The position numbers and the translations under genes are program-made. Shown here one piece after another: positions 19,211 to 29,166 of a stretch of DNA of 64,000 nt (its first letter is position 1; each line of letters begins with the position of its first letter). Under the pieces are notes generated by a model. The model was not told the origin of the DNA. It made no database searches and worked only from the letters and a program-made list of their open reading frames with translations. The DNA is taken from NCBI GenBank assembly GCA_903945195.1, contig CAJAUT010000013.1, positions 11,473 to 75,472 of the forward strand, written 5' to 3'. This DNA is from an uncultured bacterium (GTDB lineage Bacteria > Patescibacteriota > Microgenomatia > UBA1400 > UBA12108).

Positions 19211-20513
19211 GTTCCCCCTTCTTCACAGTTAAGGCGCGTAGTAAATTGCGAGTGACAAAGATACCGGTAAATAGGGAGATGGCGATACCTAGAAATAGGG
19301 TGAGAGCAAAACCGCGGACCATACCTGAGCTATTTAGGAAATTCCAGTCGAAAGGATTAAAGAGCACGAAGGTGGTGATGAGGGTTGCGATATTTGCGTC
19401 TTTGATTGCGTCCCAAGCTTTACCAAATCCTAGCTCCATAGAACCTATGAAATCATTACCTTTGCGACGCTCTTCTTTCATGCGTTCAAAGATGAGGATG
19501 TTTGAGTCTACAGCCATACCAATAGAGAGAATAAAGCCAGCTAGCCCTGGGAGGGTAAGGGTGATAGGTACTAGCTTGTAAACTGCAAGAGTAAGCAGAC
19601 CATAGATAACTAGTCCTACGACAGCGATAAATCCAAGGTAACCATAATTCAGGATCATAAACAAGGCTACTAGACCTAGTCCTACAGAACCTGCAGTCAA
19701 ACTCTTTTTGATACTTTCGGCACCCAGTGTGGGGGCGATGTTTTGTTGTTTGATGATTTCGATAGGTACTGGGAGCGCTCCTGCATTTAGAGTGATGACC
19801 ATGTTTTTGGCTTCTTCTATCGTATAGGTACCATTTATTACGGCGTTGCCATCCATGATGGCTTGCTGGACTACTGGTGCAGTCAAGATCTGACCATCTA
19901 GCATGATCCAGACAGTTTTGCCGATATTGCGAGTTGTGATCTCACCAAATTTTTTGGCACCTTCTGGCGTAAACTGCAAACTGATTTCTGGCTTACCATC
20001 TTGAGAGTTGAATGTGACTGCGGATTTTTTGAGATCTTTGCCGGTTAGACCTGTTGGTTTTAAATCTGCATAGGTGGGACTGTCGGTAGCTACAGGCATA
20101 TCATAAAAATCTAGCGAGGCGGTCTGACCGATCAGGCTAAGGGCTTCGTCTGGATTACTTACACCAGGTAGAGCTACCAGGATGCGATAGGTATCGTTGC
20201 TGATTACGGTCTTGATGGTCGGCTCAGCCACTCCGTACATATCTACCCGACGCGAGATGATCTCTTTGGCCGAATCAAGGGCATCGGTGCGATCGCCCTC
20301 TGCCACATCTTTCATGTCGGCCACGAGCGTGACCTCGGTACCACCGCGAAGATCTAGACCCTGTTTAATGTTTAAATCTCTTTTGAAGTTGCCAATACTG
20401 ATCGTGGGACTAGAAAGAGTAAAGTTGCCGATTTTTAAATTTTTAGGTGCGTCTATGACTAGAGCTGCTGCGGTAAGTAGGATAATTAGGAAGATATTTC
20501 GGCGAAGTTTCAT
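19200..20513 (-). CDS. secD: protein translocase subunit SecD
   Basis: LDLRGG motif, periplasmic domain plus 6 TM. Confidence 0.8.
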   Translation of the reverse strand: MKLRRNIFLIILLTAAALVIDAPKNLKIGNFTLSSPTISIGNFKRDLNIKQGLDLRGGTEVTLVADMKDVAEGDRTDALDSAKEIISRRVDMYGVAEPTIKTVISNDTYRILVALPGVSNPDEALSLIGQTASLDFYDMPVATDSPTYADLKPTGLTGKDLKKSAVTFNSQDGKPEISLQFTPEGAKKFGEITTRNIGKTVWIMLDGQILTAPVVQQAIMDGNAVINGTYTIEEAKNMVITLNAGALPVPIEIIKQQNIAPTLGAESIKKSLTAGSVGLGLVALFMILNYGYLGFIAVVGLVIYGLLTLAVYKLVPITLTLPGLAGFILSIGMAVDSNILIFERMKEERRKGNDFIGSMELGFGKAWDAIKDANIATLITTFVLFNPFDWNFLNSSGMVRGFALTLFLGIAISLFTGIFVTRNLLRALTVKKGEHGK

Positions 20514-20519
20514 AAGGTT

Positions 20520-20699
20520 TCATTTTACATCAAGTTTGAGTTGTTTTGTCTCTACAAATGTAGCAGAAAGGATTTGGGTGGCTGGGTCATAGCTTAGTTC
20601 TACCTCATCACCTTCGTCCAGAGCTAGAGCTTTGATTACAACACTCGGGATAATGATCCCTTTGGAGTTGCCTATGCGCGTGATTTTTGTGCGGTTCAC
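20520..20699 (-). CDS. AbrB/MazE/SpoVT-type swapped-hairpin DNA-binding small protein (59 aa, GTG start), not in ORF track
   Basis: RIGNSKGIIIPSVVIKALALDEGDEVEL; GTGA overlap with upstream gene's stop; stop 6 nt before secD ATG. Confidence 0.5.
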   Translation of the reverse strand: MNRTKITRIGNSKGIIIPSVVIKALALDEGDEVELSYDPATQILSATFVETKQLKLDVK

Positions 20700-21277
20700 T
20701 GTACTAATTCCTCTTCGTCCCCTACTATCATGATACGAGAGGCTTCTAGGATCCTATTTATAAATGGGTCGCTGTGGGTTTTGCGGTACAAGAGCTCGGC
20801 TTCTGTCATGACAGTGTAGTTGATTTCGCGGGAAAGCTTGGCTTCCTGCTCCTTGATGAGTTCAGTGAGCTGAGGCATGATGAGGTCACCTACGAGAAGT
20901 AGATCTACTGTGTCTTTAGCCCTAGGCATGTGGCGGACAAAACGGCCAGAGACCATGGCAAACTTTAGTTTCCCTAGTTTGGGTGCTGATTTGGTGATGG
21001 CTAACCCTAGGCCTGTGGTTTTGCCTATCATGCTCATGAGCTCTTTATGGAAGAGATAGTTTTTGTTGAAAGTGTAGTAGATGCGGTTGCCGCGATGCTC
21101 GTCTTTGACCATGCCAACTGATTGCATGTGGATGAGCTCGCGCCTCACGGCGTTGATTTCTTCCCCTATTTTTCTTGTGAGTTCTCGGATATAAAACATG
21201 GTCTCTGGCTCGACAAGAAATACTTCTAGGAGCTTGACCCGTACTTTGGAAACTACAAAATCAGATAAATCAGCCAT
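20696..21277 (-). CDS. winged-helix transcriptional regulator-like protein with uncharacterised C-terminal domain
   Basis: N-terminal wHTH pattern (recognition helix then GMVKDEHRGNRIYYTF wing). Confidence 0.4.
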   Translation of the reverse strand: MADLSDFVVSKVRVKLLEVFLVEPETMFYIRELTRKIGEEINAVRRELIHMQSVGMVKDEHRGNRIYYTFNKNYLFHKELMSMIGKTTGLGLAITKSAPKLGKLKFAMVSGRFVRHMPRAKDTVDLLLVGDLIMPQLTELIKEQEAKLSREINYTVMTEAELLYRKTHSDPFINRILEASRIMIVGDEEELVQ

Positions 21278-21328
21278 GACTTAATTGTACACAAAATGTG
21301 TGCTAATTCAACTGAGTCAGAGTAGGTC

Positions 21329-21952
21329 TTAAGACAAACTTAGTATCTCATCGACCCTGGCAGTGTCTGTAATCTGGCGTAAATTGGCAATATCTTGATC
21401 ATGAGTGGGTTTATGTGTCAGTGTGCGCTGCTTGAAGAGTATGTCGGCCAAGTGAGTATGGGGATTTTGAACGTCTATATGAATGTCACCTAGTAATCCC
21501 TCAACTGGACCGGGGAATCTTTTTTCGGTATTTGTAATGGCCTCACCGTTTTGTTTGATTATTTTATTTAAATTGGTAAATGGGTTTTCGCTGGTTTGGA
21601 CATAATAAATATTGGCTCCTAGTCCTGGAGAGTGGAGATCTATAACAACCATAAAATCATTTTTGGTAATTTCGAGAGTAGCCCTTTGAATTGAGCTCGA
21701 CAAGAAATTGGTAATTTTTGGAAGGATAACTTCCCGATGATCTTGGCCATAGATAATGATGTCTACGTCATTGTGGGTACGAGTGATTTGGCCTAGTAGG
21801 ATATCGAGACCATAACCACCAGATACTACTATTCTCCACCCTTGCGATTTTGTGAAAACCTGAAATGATTTGATGAATTTTAAGTCAGTGGAAGTCTTCG
21901 ACCAATTAATCGATTCCTTTGGGGCGCACTTGACTGCAACTTTGCTCATCAA
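21329..21952 (-). CDS. nucleotidyltransferase-fold protein, aminoglycoside 2''-adenylyltransferase-like
   Basis: SGGYGLDILLG...HNDVDIII matches the G[GS]...D-x-D minimal NTase motif. Confidence 0.45.
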   Translation of the reverse strand: MMSKVAVKCAPKESINWSKTSTDLKFIKSFQVFTKSQGWRIVVSGGYGLDILLGQITRTHNDVDIIIYGQDHREVILPKITNFLSSSIQRATLEITKNDFMVVIDLHSPGLGANIYYVQTSENPFTNLNKIIKQNGEAITNTEKRFPGPVEGLLGDIHIDVQNPHTHLADILFKQRTLTHKPTHDQDIANLRQITDTARVDEILSLS

Positions 21953-23148
21953 TATGTAACTGTGTTGTCGAGGGGGAGGATCTCGAAGACAATCTTACCT
22001 CTGTTGAAGGAGACTTTTTTGCCTTTGGAATCAGACCAGACAGTACGAGCTTCCCTGTCCTTTTTGGACCAGGTCACTTCGGTAGCTGTGCCATCTTGGA
22101 ACAGTAGGCCTTTACCAGTACCTATGACCTCATAGAGCATGTGTTTGTGTTCATCAAGTGGTCCTAGCTCTTTGGTGAACTGAACGACTACTACTTTGGC
22201 ATTTATTTGTTCTTTGGTATTTAGATCAGTGTGAGATGTCCCGCCATTTTCGCGTAAGTACTGATTGTTTGTGGCATCATAGTTCCATACGACATCAAAC
22301 TGATGGTAGCTTTCCCAGAATCCGAATGAGATCTTGGCTACACTCCCTTTATCTTTAGCATCATCCTTGAAAGTAAATGGTACAAACTTGTCTTTCCAAT
22401 CAGATTTACCATCTGGTGTTTTATTGGTCCAGCCGCGAGTGGCGGAAGCATATTTCCAGAGCTTTTCGGTGCTTGTATACATGGTGTGTTCGGTGGCTAC
22501 AGTTTCGCCAAGTCTTTCATAATCACGCCAGAAAGTCGGGAAACCGATAGAGAACTGATTGAGGTCGTTGCCTTTGCTGCCACCCCAGCCATACTGATTG
22601 ATTTGTTCTAGAGCTTGGACGCGTTTGTCGGTGTTGCAGAGCTTGGGATCGGAAGAGCCACAATTGGCACCACCTACGTGAGTATAGAGAGGATAGTTGT
22701 ACTCTGAAGCAGCATTGATGAATGTAGTGCGGGCTGAGCGGACTGGTCCAATAATAGTGTCCTGAGCTGCTACACCACAATAGAAGACGGCGGCAAAACG
22801 AGAGACCCCACCTTCGGCAACGGCTTCGTAGATCACATCGGCTGAGTTTAGACCTGACTGAGGACGAGCTTCGGGCATGTTTTCGATCATGGCCACTATT
22901 GGCCTTCTAGATTCCCAGACTTTTTGTTCAGCTGCTGTAAACATCTTGCCGTTTGTAGGACACTCTGATTTGCGGGGAGCTGAGGGATCAATGTTTAAAC
23001 CGCCCCCGATCTTTGGGCTAGTGAGTGGCGTGGTTGCACCATTGCTCTCTGGAGCATAGAGATAACTGGTTAAAGCGTAGCTAGCACCAGTTGAAAGAGA
23101 AAATGCGACCAAAAAGGCAATAACTGAGGTGACTACTTGTTTTTTCAT
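21949..23148 (-). CDS. secreted DUF3048 (YerB-like) domain protein
   Basis: Signal peptide; IENMPEARPQSGL..ADVIYEAVAEGGVSRFAAVF core. Confidence 0.5.
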   Translation of the reverse strand: MKKQVVTSVIAFLVAFSLSTGASYALTSYLYAPESNGATTPLTSPKIGGGLNIDPSAPRKSECPTNGKMFTAAEQKVWESRRPIVAMIENMPEARPQSGLNSADVIYEAVAEGGVSRFAAVFYCGVAAQDTIIGPVRSARTTFINAASEYNYPLYTHVGGANCGSSDPKLCNTDKRVQALEQINQYGWGGSKGNDLNQFSIGFPTFWRDYERLGETVATEHTMYTSTEKLWKYASATRGWTNKTPDGKSDWKDKFVPFTFKDDAKDKGSVAKISFGFWESYHQFDVVWNYDATNNQYLRENGGTSHTDLNTKEQINAKVVVVQFTKELGPLDEHKHMLYEVIGTGKGLLFQDGTATEVTWSKKDREARTVWSDSKGKKVSFNRGKIVFEILPLDNTVTY

Positions 23149-23154
23149 ATATTA

Positions 23155-23625
23155 TTATTTACCCTTTCTATTTATAGTTTTTTGCTCTTCGTCAGACAGT
23201 GGATGGTCTATACCAACACCACCATTAACCGATTTTACATAGAATCTAGTATTTTCTCTACTATGAAGTGATGTTATCACTACCCCGTCTGAATTGCCAT
23301 CCAACAAGGCTAAAATAAAGCTTTGATCGCCTCCTGTATCACCAAATGGGTTAAATCTTTTGAGAGTGATGTGCTGTACATGAAGGCGTATAGCATCTTT
23401 GATTTTTTGAATATCATTTTTTGCCACTGAGTGTAGTCTCTCATGCTCGGCTAGAGTATGTTGGATTCCCTGGAGAGCATTCATTAGAGTTTTGGGATCA
23501 ACCCCTTTGGTTAGACTATTGTAATGAGAGGTCATTTTAGACAACCATACAAAGAGAACGAGATTTAAGATTAAAGAAATGGAAGCCAACACTGCGACCA
23601 CAATAAATTCGAGCGTAAATTGCAT
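23155..23625 (-). CDS. DUF4446 membrane protein
   Basis: N-terminal TM plus RFNPF.D.GG.QSF..ALLD..G.GVV.TS pattern. Confidence 0.45.
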   Translation of the reverse strand: MQFTLEFIVVAVLASISLILNLVLFVWLSKMTSHYNSLTKGVDPKTLMNALQGIQHTLAEHERLHSVAKNDIQKIKDAIRLHVQHITLKRFNPFGDTGGDQSFILALLDGNSDGVVITSLHSRENTRFYVKSVNGGVGIDHPLSDEEQKTINRKGK

Positions 23626-23651
23626 GAGTTTATGATAGCATAGAACTAGAT

Positions 23652-24251
23652 ATGGCTTATTTGTCATTTGATAAACATGTGGATAGTGTTAGTGACAACA
23701 CTCCAACCTCTACAAAGATACAAGCTATCGTAAAAGTGGTTTCACTTTTTGGATTTGCAGCTGTGCTTGGAGGTGTAGTGCTAGTGAATACTTTAGTTAA
23801 AGGCAAAGTTAGCCAAGTCACTATAACTGATTCTTTTGGAAAACTAGAGTACTCTGTGCCATACAAAAATACACTTTATGAGAGCTTTGGGTTTGTACAA
23901 GAACCAAAGGTGACTATGCCAATGAAAACTTTAAAAGGTTATGTAGATACTGTATTCTTGCTTGATTCTGGAGCTGTGGTATCTACCTTGCCACTGCAGG
24001 CAGCACAAGATACAGGGGTGGATCTATCTAAAGCCAAGCGCATCACACTACAAGGATTTTCGGGAGTGCCGGCTTTTGCTTATCTAGATAAGATTACTAT
24101 TAAAATTGGCTCAACCCCCGTAGAATTACCGGCTACTTTTACAGAGTCTAATGCTACTACTTACATACTTGGACGCAAGGGACTCTTTGATGATTTTACA
24201 ATTAACTTTGACAATGTGCAGCGAGTAATTACAATCAGCAAAAGGAGTTAA
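23652..24251 (+). CDS. membrane-anchored retropepsin-like aspartic protease domain protein
   Basis: FLLDSGA (D-S/T-G-A) active-site motif; N-terminal TM. Confidence 0.45.
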   Translation: MAYLSFDKHVDSVSDNTPTSTKIQAIVKVVSLFGFAAVLGGVVLVNTLVKGKVSQVTITDSFGKLEYSVPYKNTLYESFGFVQEPKVTMPMKTLKGYVDTVFLLDSGAVVSTLPLQAAQDTGVDLSKAKRITLQGFSGVPAFAYLDKITIKIGSTPVELPATFTESNATTYILGRKGLFDDFTINFDNVQRVITISKRS

Positions 24252-24256
24252 ACTAC

Positions 24257-25072
24257 ATGACACAAAATATATATGAACGCATACACGAAACTTTAACTTG
24301 GAAGAGAATCCTGAGTTTCAACTTGTTGCTATTTCTAATCCTCATTATTCCGTTATCCGTGTCTTTGTCTCAACAAAGTACAGAAAATAGATCAAACGCA
24401 TCGGAAGAAGCTCCTATTGTGACTCCTCCACCAAACTATCCAACAGGGATGCCAAAAATCGACAGAGTCAGTACTTTTTTTGGAAAAACTGGCGATACAG
24501 TTGTAATACTAGGAACTAATTTTGGAGACTATCAATGGGCTAGTAAAATATTTGTTGGAAACGTAGAAGCCCCTAAAGAATCAGTTGTGAGATGGAGTAA
24601 CAATATATTAGAAGTAAAAATTCCCGACGGCGCTCGCACTGGTTCTGTTTGGATTGTGTCAAATAATAGAGAATCCAAGTGGGATGGTAGCTTGCTACTA
24701 TACGACGTAGCACGAGCTGCACAAATTGGAATTCAAAAAACCTCAAACACAACCGGTAAGTTGTATACACTTAATGCAAACGGAGTGATTAAAGGTATGG
24801 TAGAACTTTCTTATACGAGTGAACCACTAGTCTTTGTGACTGACCCAGGCATAGTGATAAGTTCACAGACTCAAAGCAATGATAGTCTAGGCAAAAAGAT
24901 GAAGATCGTGTTTGATAGTCCACTTGCTATGAATAGTGGTAGGACAGAGATAGCAGAATATAGCTATCCAGGACTAGGATCTATAGAGATAATTAGAGCA
25001 GAACTTTATGATGCTAGCGGGAAGTTAATCTCTATATTCTCTGACCCACTGAGTATTAAAGTAACACCTTAA
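24257..25072 (+). CDS. secreted hypothetical protein (IPT/TIG-like beta-sandwich)
   Basis: N-terminal TM/signal; weak. Confidence 0.3.
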   Translation: MTQNIYERIHETLTWKRILSFNLLLFLILIIPLSVSLSQQSTENRSNASEEAPIVTPPPNYPTGMPKIDRVSTFFGKTGDTVVILGTNFGDYQWASKIFVGNVEAPKESVVRWSNNILEVKIPDGARTGSVWIVSNNRESKWDGSLLLYDVARAAQIGIQKTSNTTGKLYTLNANGVIKGMVELSYTSEPLVFVTDPGIVISSQTQSNDSLGKKMKIVFDSPLAMNSGRTEIAEYSYPGLGSIEIIRAELYDASGKLISIFSDPLSIKVTP

Positions 25073-25829
25073 AGACAATAAGAATTGTAGCGACAGCTAG
25101 TCGATAATAACCAAATATTTCTAGAGTGTGAGTGCTTAGGTATTTGATCAGCCATTTGACCACAAAATAGGCTACAAATAATGAGGTTAAAAAACCTATG
25201 GCAAGTAAAGTATACCCACCTTGCAAAGAACCAAGTAGTTCCCTGCCCTGATATAAATCTAGAGCGCTTGCAGCAAAGATAGTAGGCAAAGACAAGAGAA
25301 AGGTATATTTAGCTGACTCATCTCTTTTGTAACCCATAAACATCATGGCTACAATCACAGAGCCTGCGCGAGAAACTCCTGGGATCACAGAAAGTGCCTG
25401 AGCAAGTCCTATGAGCAATGCTTGCCGGACTGTCAGAGACTCTATATTTTTGGAAAGTAAAAGATGAGATCGTTCTATATAAATAAAAATAATACCGACT
25501 AACACAAATACTGAAAGCATAAGAATATTTGATTCGAAGAAAATTGTTTTGATAATTTTGTGTAGACCAAAACCTATGATTGCTGTAGGAATGAACGAAT
25601 ATATAACATTTATAAATAATTTTTTATCGGAAAATAACATTTTTAAATAGATAAAAACAAGTGCAAAGATGGCGCCACTTTGGATAAAGACTTCAAACAT
25701 TTTAAGAAAATCAGTTGAAGCTAGACCTAAAATCTTTGACGTTACAATTAAATGAAAAGTTGAAGAAATAGGCAAAAACTCGGTCAATCCTTCGACTATT
25801 CCAAGTATCAGGGCGTCAAAGTAATTCAT
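25056..25829 (-). CDS. uppP: undecaprenyl-diphosphatase
   Basis: GIVEGLTEFLPISST signature of BacA/UppP. Confidence 0.8.
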   Translation of the reverse strand: MNYFDALILGIVEGLTEFLPISSTFHLIVTSKILGLASTDFLKMFEVFIQSGAIFALVFIYLKMLFSDKKLFINVIYSFIPTAIIGFGLHKIIKTIFFESNILMLSVFVLVGIIFIYIERSHLLLSKNIESLTVRQALLIGLAQALSVIPGVSRAGSVIVAMMFMGYKRDESAKYTFLLSLPTIFAASALDLYQGRELLGSLQGGYTLLAIGFLTSLFVAYFVVKWLIKYLSTHTLEIFGYYRLAVATILIVFKVLL

Positions 25830-25836
25830 AATTTAA

Positions 25837-26529
25837 TTACTTTTTGAGATCGTGCTTGAGCTCTTTGTACCAGTCAGATAATGCTTGGCCGATCACATCT
25901 TTGGCACCTAGTCCGATGGCTAGTCCAAAACCAAGTGCAAGCATGGCTACAAAGCCGATAAAGAGGATATTGATGAAGCTAGAAGCTATTTTGAGTTCGG
26001 CAAAAGCAGCTAATGTAGTAATGGTGACTACTGTATAGCTTGCTATCTTGCCCATAAGCCTGGCCGTTTTTAAGTCTACGGTAGCTAAGGCTCCCTTAAC
26101 TAGCCCTTCGATGAGTCCAGCTAAAAGTACGCCTATTGCCATGACTATGACAGCTGAAACTATGTTTGGCACGTATGATAGCACTCCACCCAAGACATTT
26201 GAGACGGTGGTAAGACCTAAGATATTGGTAGCTGCAATAAAGAAGGTCAAAACGATGAGCCATTTGAGGATTGCGCCTATGACTTCTTCTACTTTTTCAG
26301 TGACTTCAGCTTTGATTAAAAATGCTTTAAACTTACTATCTTTGATTAAGTTTTCGAACCGAAGCATTTGAAGAGATTTGATAGTAATAGATTTGACCCA
26401 ATTACCAAGAATAAGGCCAATGGAAGCTACAAGTACTGCTCCCAGTATATTGGGTAGCAAGGTCAAAAAAGAACCCATGGTCGAATTCCAGACGCTATAG
26501 AGAGCAGTTTCCCAGGCTTGAATATCCAT
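25837..26529 (-). CDS. hypothetical polytopic membrane protein (conserved TM-helix repeat)
   Basis: Hydrophobicity only. Confidence 0.35.
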   Translation of the reverse strand: MDIQAWETALYSVWNSTMGSFLTLLPNILGAVLVASIGLILGNWVKSITIKSLQMLRFENLIKDSKFKAFLIKAEVTEKVEEVIGAILKWLIVLTFFIAATNILGLTTVSNVLGGVLSYVPNIVSAVIVMAIGVLLAGLIEGLVKGALATVDLKTARLMGKIASYTVVTITTLAAFAELKIASSFINILFIGFVAMLALGFGLAIGLGAKDVIGQALSDWYKELKHDLKK

Positions 26530-26533
26530 ATAA

Positions 26534-27523
26534 TTAACTCCTTTGTCCTCTTGCGGGACTTAGTGCTTTGTAAACTGTTTGGATAGTCAGGTAGATAGGC
26601 ATAGACAAGACAGCTCCAGCGATCCCACCTAGAGTAAAACCTACAAGTAGTACGATGATAGTGGCTAGAGGCTCTGTTCCCGTAGCTGATTGCATAACTT
26701 TGGGGACTATCAGATTATTTTCTAGTTGTTGGATGACAATACTTAAAATAAGTGTGCCTAGAGCAATAACTGGGGAAACGGTAAGAGCTATGACAATTGC
26801 TGGCACAGCAGCCATGGTCGGCCCTAGATTTGGTACTAGCTCAAGTAGTCCGGCAAGGACTGCTAGAGGTAAGGCATAAGGTACGCCCAAGAGGAAGAGC
26901 CCTAGGTAAGTCATGACGCCAATGATAAGCATAAGAAATAATTCGCCTCTGACCCAGCCACCCACTTGCTTTTCGATATCTACTACCAGCTTTTCAGCTT
27001 TTGCTTCTGAATCCTTATCGTCAAACAATTTAAGTAGATAGGTATGAAGTCTTGGACGCTCTAGGACGAGATAATAGGACATAAAGAAAAGAGCCAATAT
27101 ATTCATAACGTTTGAAAAGATGCCCCCTGCCACTTTAAGTAAGTTGCTTGGAATGGTGTTTAGATAGTTGCCAAGAACATTTGGATCAAACTGCGCATTG
27201 AAGGTAGACTCTAGATTGTGAAGAAATGATGGCAAAACTAGGGTGAGATCTTTGGTTTGTTGCACTACTGCTGGGACAAGGGAAGCTATGACAGTAGAGA
27301 TGAGTGCAATCAGACCAAAGTAAATGACTAGCATGACTACGATGGTTGGGAGTTTGATTTTACTGGCAAGTTTGACCAGAGGATTGACAGCTGTCATGAG
27401 AATGAAAGCGATAAAGAGTAATACGATAATGCTACGAACTTGGAATAAGAACCATAAAGACAACAATAAACCGACAGTAAAAATAATAGTTTTTTGTGAA
27501 ATCTCGATTTTTTTGGTTTCCAT
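26534..27523 (-). CDS. AI-2E family (PerM/UPF0118) transporter
   Basis: About 8 TM, length and C-terminal pattern typical of the family. Confidence 0.5.
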   Translation of the reverse strand: METKKIEISQKTIIFTVGLLLSLWFLFQVRSIIVLLFIAFILMTAVNPLVKLASKIKLPTIVVMLVIYFGLIALISTVIASLVPAVVQQTKDLTLVLPSFLHNLESTFNAQFDPNVLGNYLNTIPSNLLKVAGGIFSNVMNILALFFMSYYLVLERPRLHTYLLKLFDDKDSEAKAEKLVVDIEKQVGGWVRGELFLMLIIGVMTYLGLFLLGVPYALPLAVLAGLLELVPNLGPTMAAVPAIVIALTVSPVIALGTLILSIVIQQLENNLIVPKVMQSATGTEPLATIIVLLVGFTLGGIAGAVLSMPIYLTIQTVYKALSPARGQRS

Positions 27524-27535
27524 AGTTTAGTCTCC

Positions 27536-28378
27536 TTATATTGTGTCTACATCATACCAAATTACGGGAACTTTATGAAACCAAGTCATTTGTCTTTTGA
27601 CATATGCCATTTCGTCGTGAACCCAAGCCTCTATCATTTCATCTTTAGTAAGCTCATTTTTTAGGTATTTGATAATGCTTTTGTATCCTATAGCAGACAT
27701 GGACTGGACACCCTCTGAGTATTGTTTTAATAATATTTTTGTTTCTTCTACTGCTCCTAAGTCTAGGCGTGACAAAACTCTAGAGTGAATTTGTGCTTTT
27801 TGAATATTTGAATCATTGTATTTTAAGCCAATGATTTTTGGTTCTGTTTTACAAAGAACCGTTCTTTGTAAAGTTTGACCGCTCATGGAAATCTCTATGG
27901 CTCGCACTAAGCGGCGAGGATTTAGCTGGTCACTATGATTCATGGACTCAAATTTAGAGTTGTCTACACTCATGAGTTTGGTTTGTAACTCAATGATAGA
28001 AAGTGACTCTAATTCTTTTCTGAGATTGTGATTGATAGGTACTGACATGGTCTCTATACCATCTGTGATGGCTTTTACGTATAGCCCTGTACCGCCTACT
28101 ACGATGACTTGTTTCCCTGTTTCGATAGCTTCAGAAATATGTGGGATAACAGCGTCGTACCAAATAGAGACGGAGCAAGACTCATCTGGATTTACAAGGT
28201 CTATGCCATATACTGGAATATCTTTTGGATGATCTTTACCAGGGACGATATCCATGCCTTCAAATACTTGGCGAGAATCCGCGGAAACTAGAATACTTGA
28301 GTGAGTACTAGCTAGCTCTAAAGCTTTTTTGGTTTTGCCGGTTGCGGTTGAGCCTACTACACAAATTATTTGATCCAT
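27536..28378 (-). CDS. miaA: tRNA dimethylallyltransferase (start at internal Met MDQIICVVGSTATGKT)
   Basis: P-loop immediately at N-terminus; MiaA-like length. Confidence 0.75.
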   Translation of the reverse strand: MDQIICVVGSTATGKTKKALELASTHSSILVSADSRQVFEGMDIVPGKDHPKDIPVYGIDLVNPDESCSVSIWYDAVIPHISEAIETGKQVIVVGGTGLYVKAITDGIETMSVPINHNLRKELESLSIIELQTKLMSVDNSKFESMNHSDQLNPRRLVRAIEISMSGQTLQRTVLCKTEPKIIGLKYNDSNIQKAQIHSRVLSRLDLGAVEETKILLKQYSEGVQSMSAIGYKSIIKYLKNELTKDEMIEAWVHDEMAYVKRQMTWFHKVPVIWYDVDTI

Positions 28379-28380
28379 AT

Positions 28381-29166
28381 TTATTCGACTGAAATGAGTC
28401 CGCGCTTGAGGATAGCGCTGTAGCTGCCATAAAGGAAGTAAAGTGAGAGCATCAAATATATAAGACACAAAATTAATGGCCAAAATAGTGCAGAGAGTGG
28501 TGCGGGCTGACCAGCAATGATAGATCTCATACCTTCAAATACATAGCTGACTGGGACGTAGTGCGCAATTGTTTGGGCCCAGGATGGTAGTACTGATATT
28601 GGGTAAAACACGCCGGCAAAGGGTGAAACAATAGCCATAGACATCCATGCTAGAGTTTGGATTTTGGTGCCATAGCGCATAATGAGACTAGCGATAAAGA
28701 AACCAAAAACCCAGCCAAACATAATGAGTAACCCAGCCCATGGAAGCAAGATGATACCCAATGTATAGATGTTTGCTGCGTATAAAACTACAGCAATTAC
28801 CGATGCGAAAGCAAAGGAAATAATTGATTTAAAAATCCCGATAAACATGACCGAGACTACCCATTCAGAAAATAATATGGGCGTAGCAAAGAGATTGACT
28901 AGGTTTCGATTCCAGAGATCTTCTAGGAGACTGACCGTGATCTCGTACTGGCCGCGCCATGGAAAGATCCAGAGCATGATGCCTCCAAGTAGTGCAAGAA
29001 CTAGAGTGTTGCTGGTAGAGCCTGTGGAAACGAGATAAGAGCTAGTTAGTCCCCAAAGCAAGAGATCTATAAATGGCCAGAAAAACATATCGGTCAATCT
29101 ATCATAGGTATGAATGAGGTTGTAAAAATACCTAAGGAATATACCCCAGATGCGATGCAGTTTCAT
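28381..29166 (-). CDS. ABC-2 type transporter permease
   Basis: 6-TM permease preceding an ABC ATPase with 4-nt overlap. Confidence 0.55.
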   Translation of the reverse strand: MKLHRIWGIFLRYFYNLIHTYDRLTDMFFWPFIDLLLWGLTSSYLVSTGSTSNTLVLALLGGIMLWIFPWRGQYEITVSLLEDLWNRNLVNLFATPILFSEWVVSVMFIGIFKSIISFAFASVIAVVLYAANIYTLGIILLPWAGLLIMFGWVFGFFIASLIMRYGTKIQTLAWMSMAIVSPFAGVFYPISVLPSWAQTIAHYVPVSYVFEGMRSIIAGQPAPLSALFWPLILCLIYLMLSLYFLYGSYSAILKRGLISVE

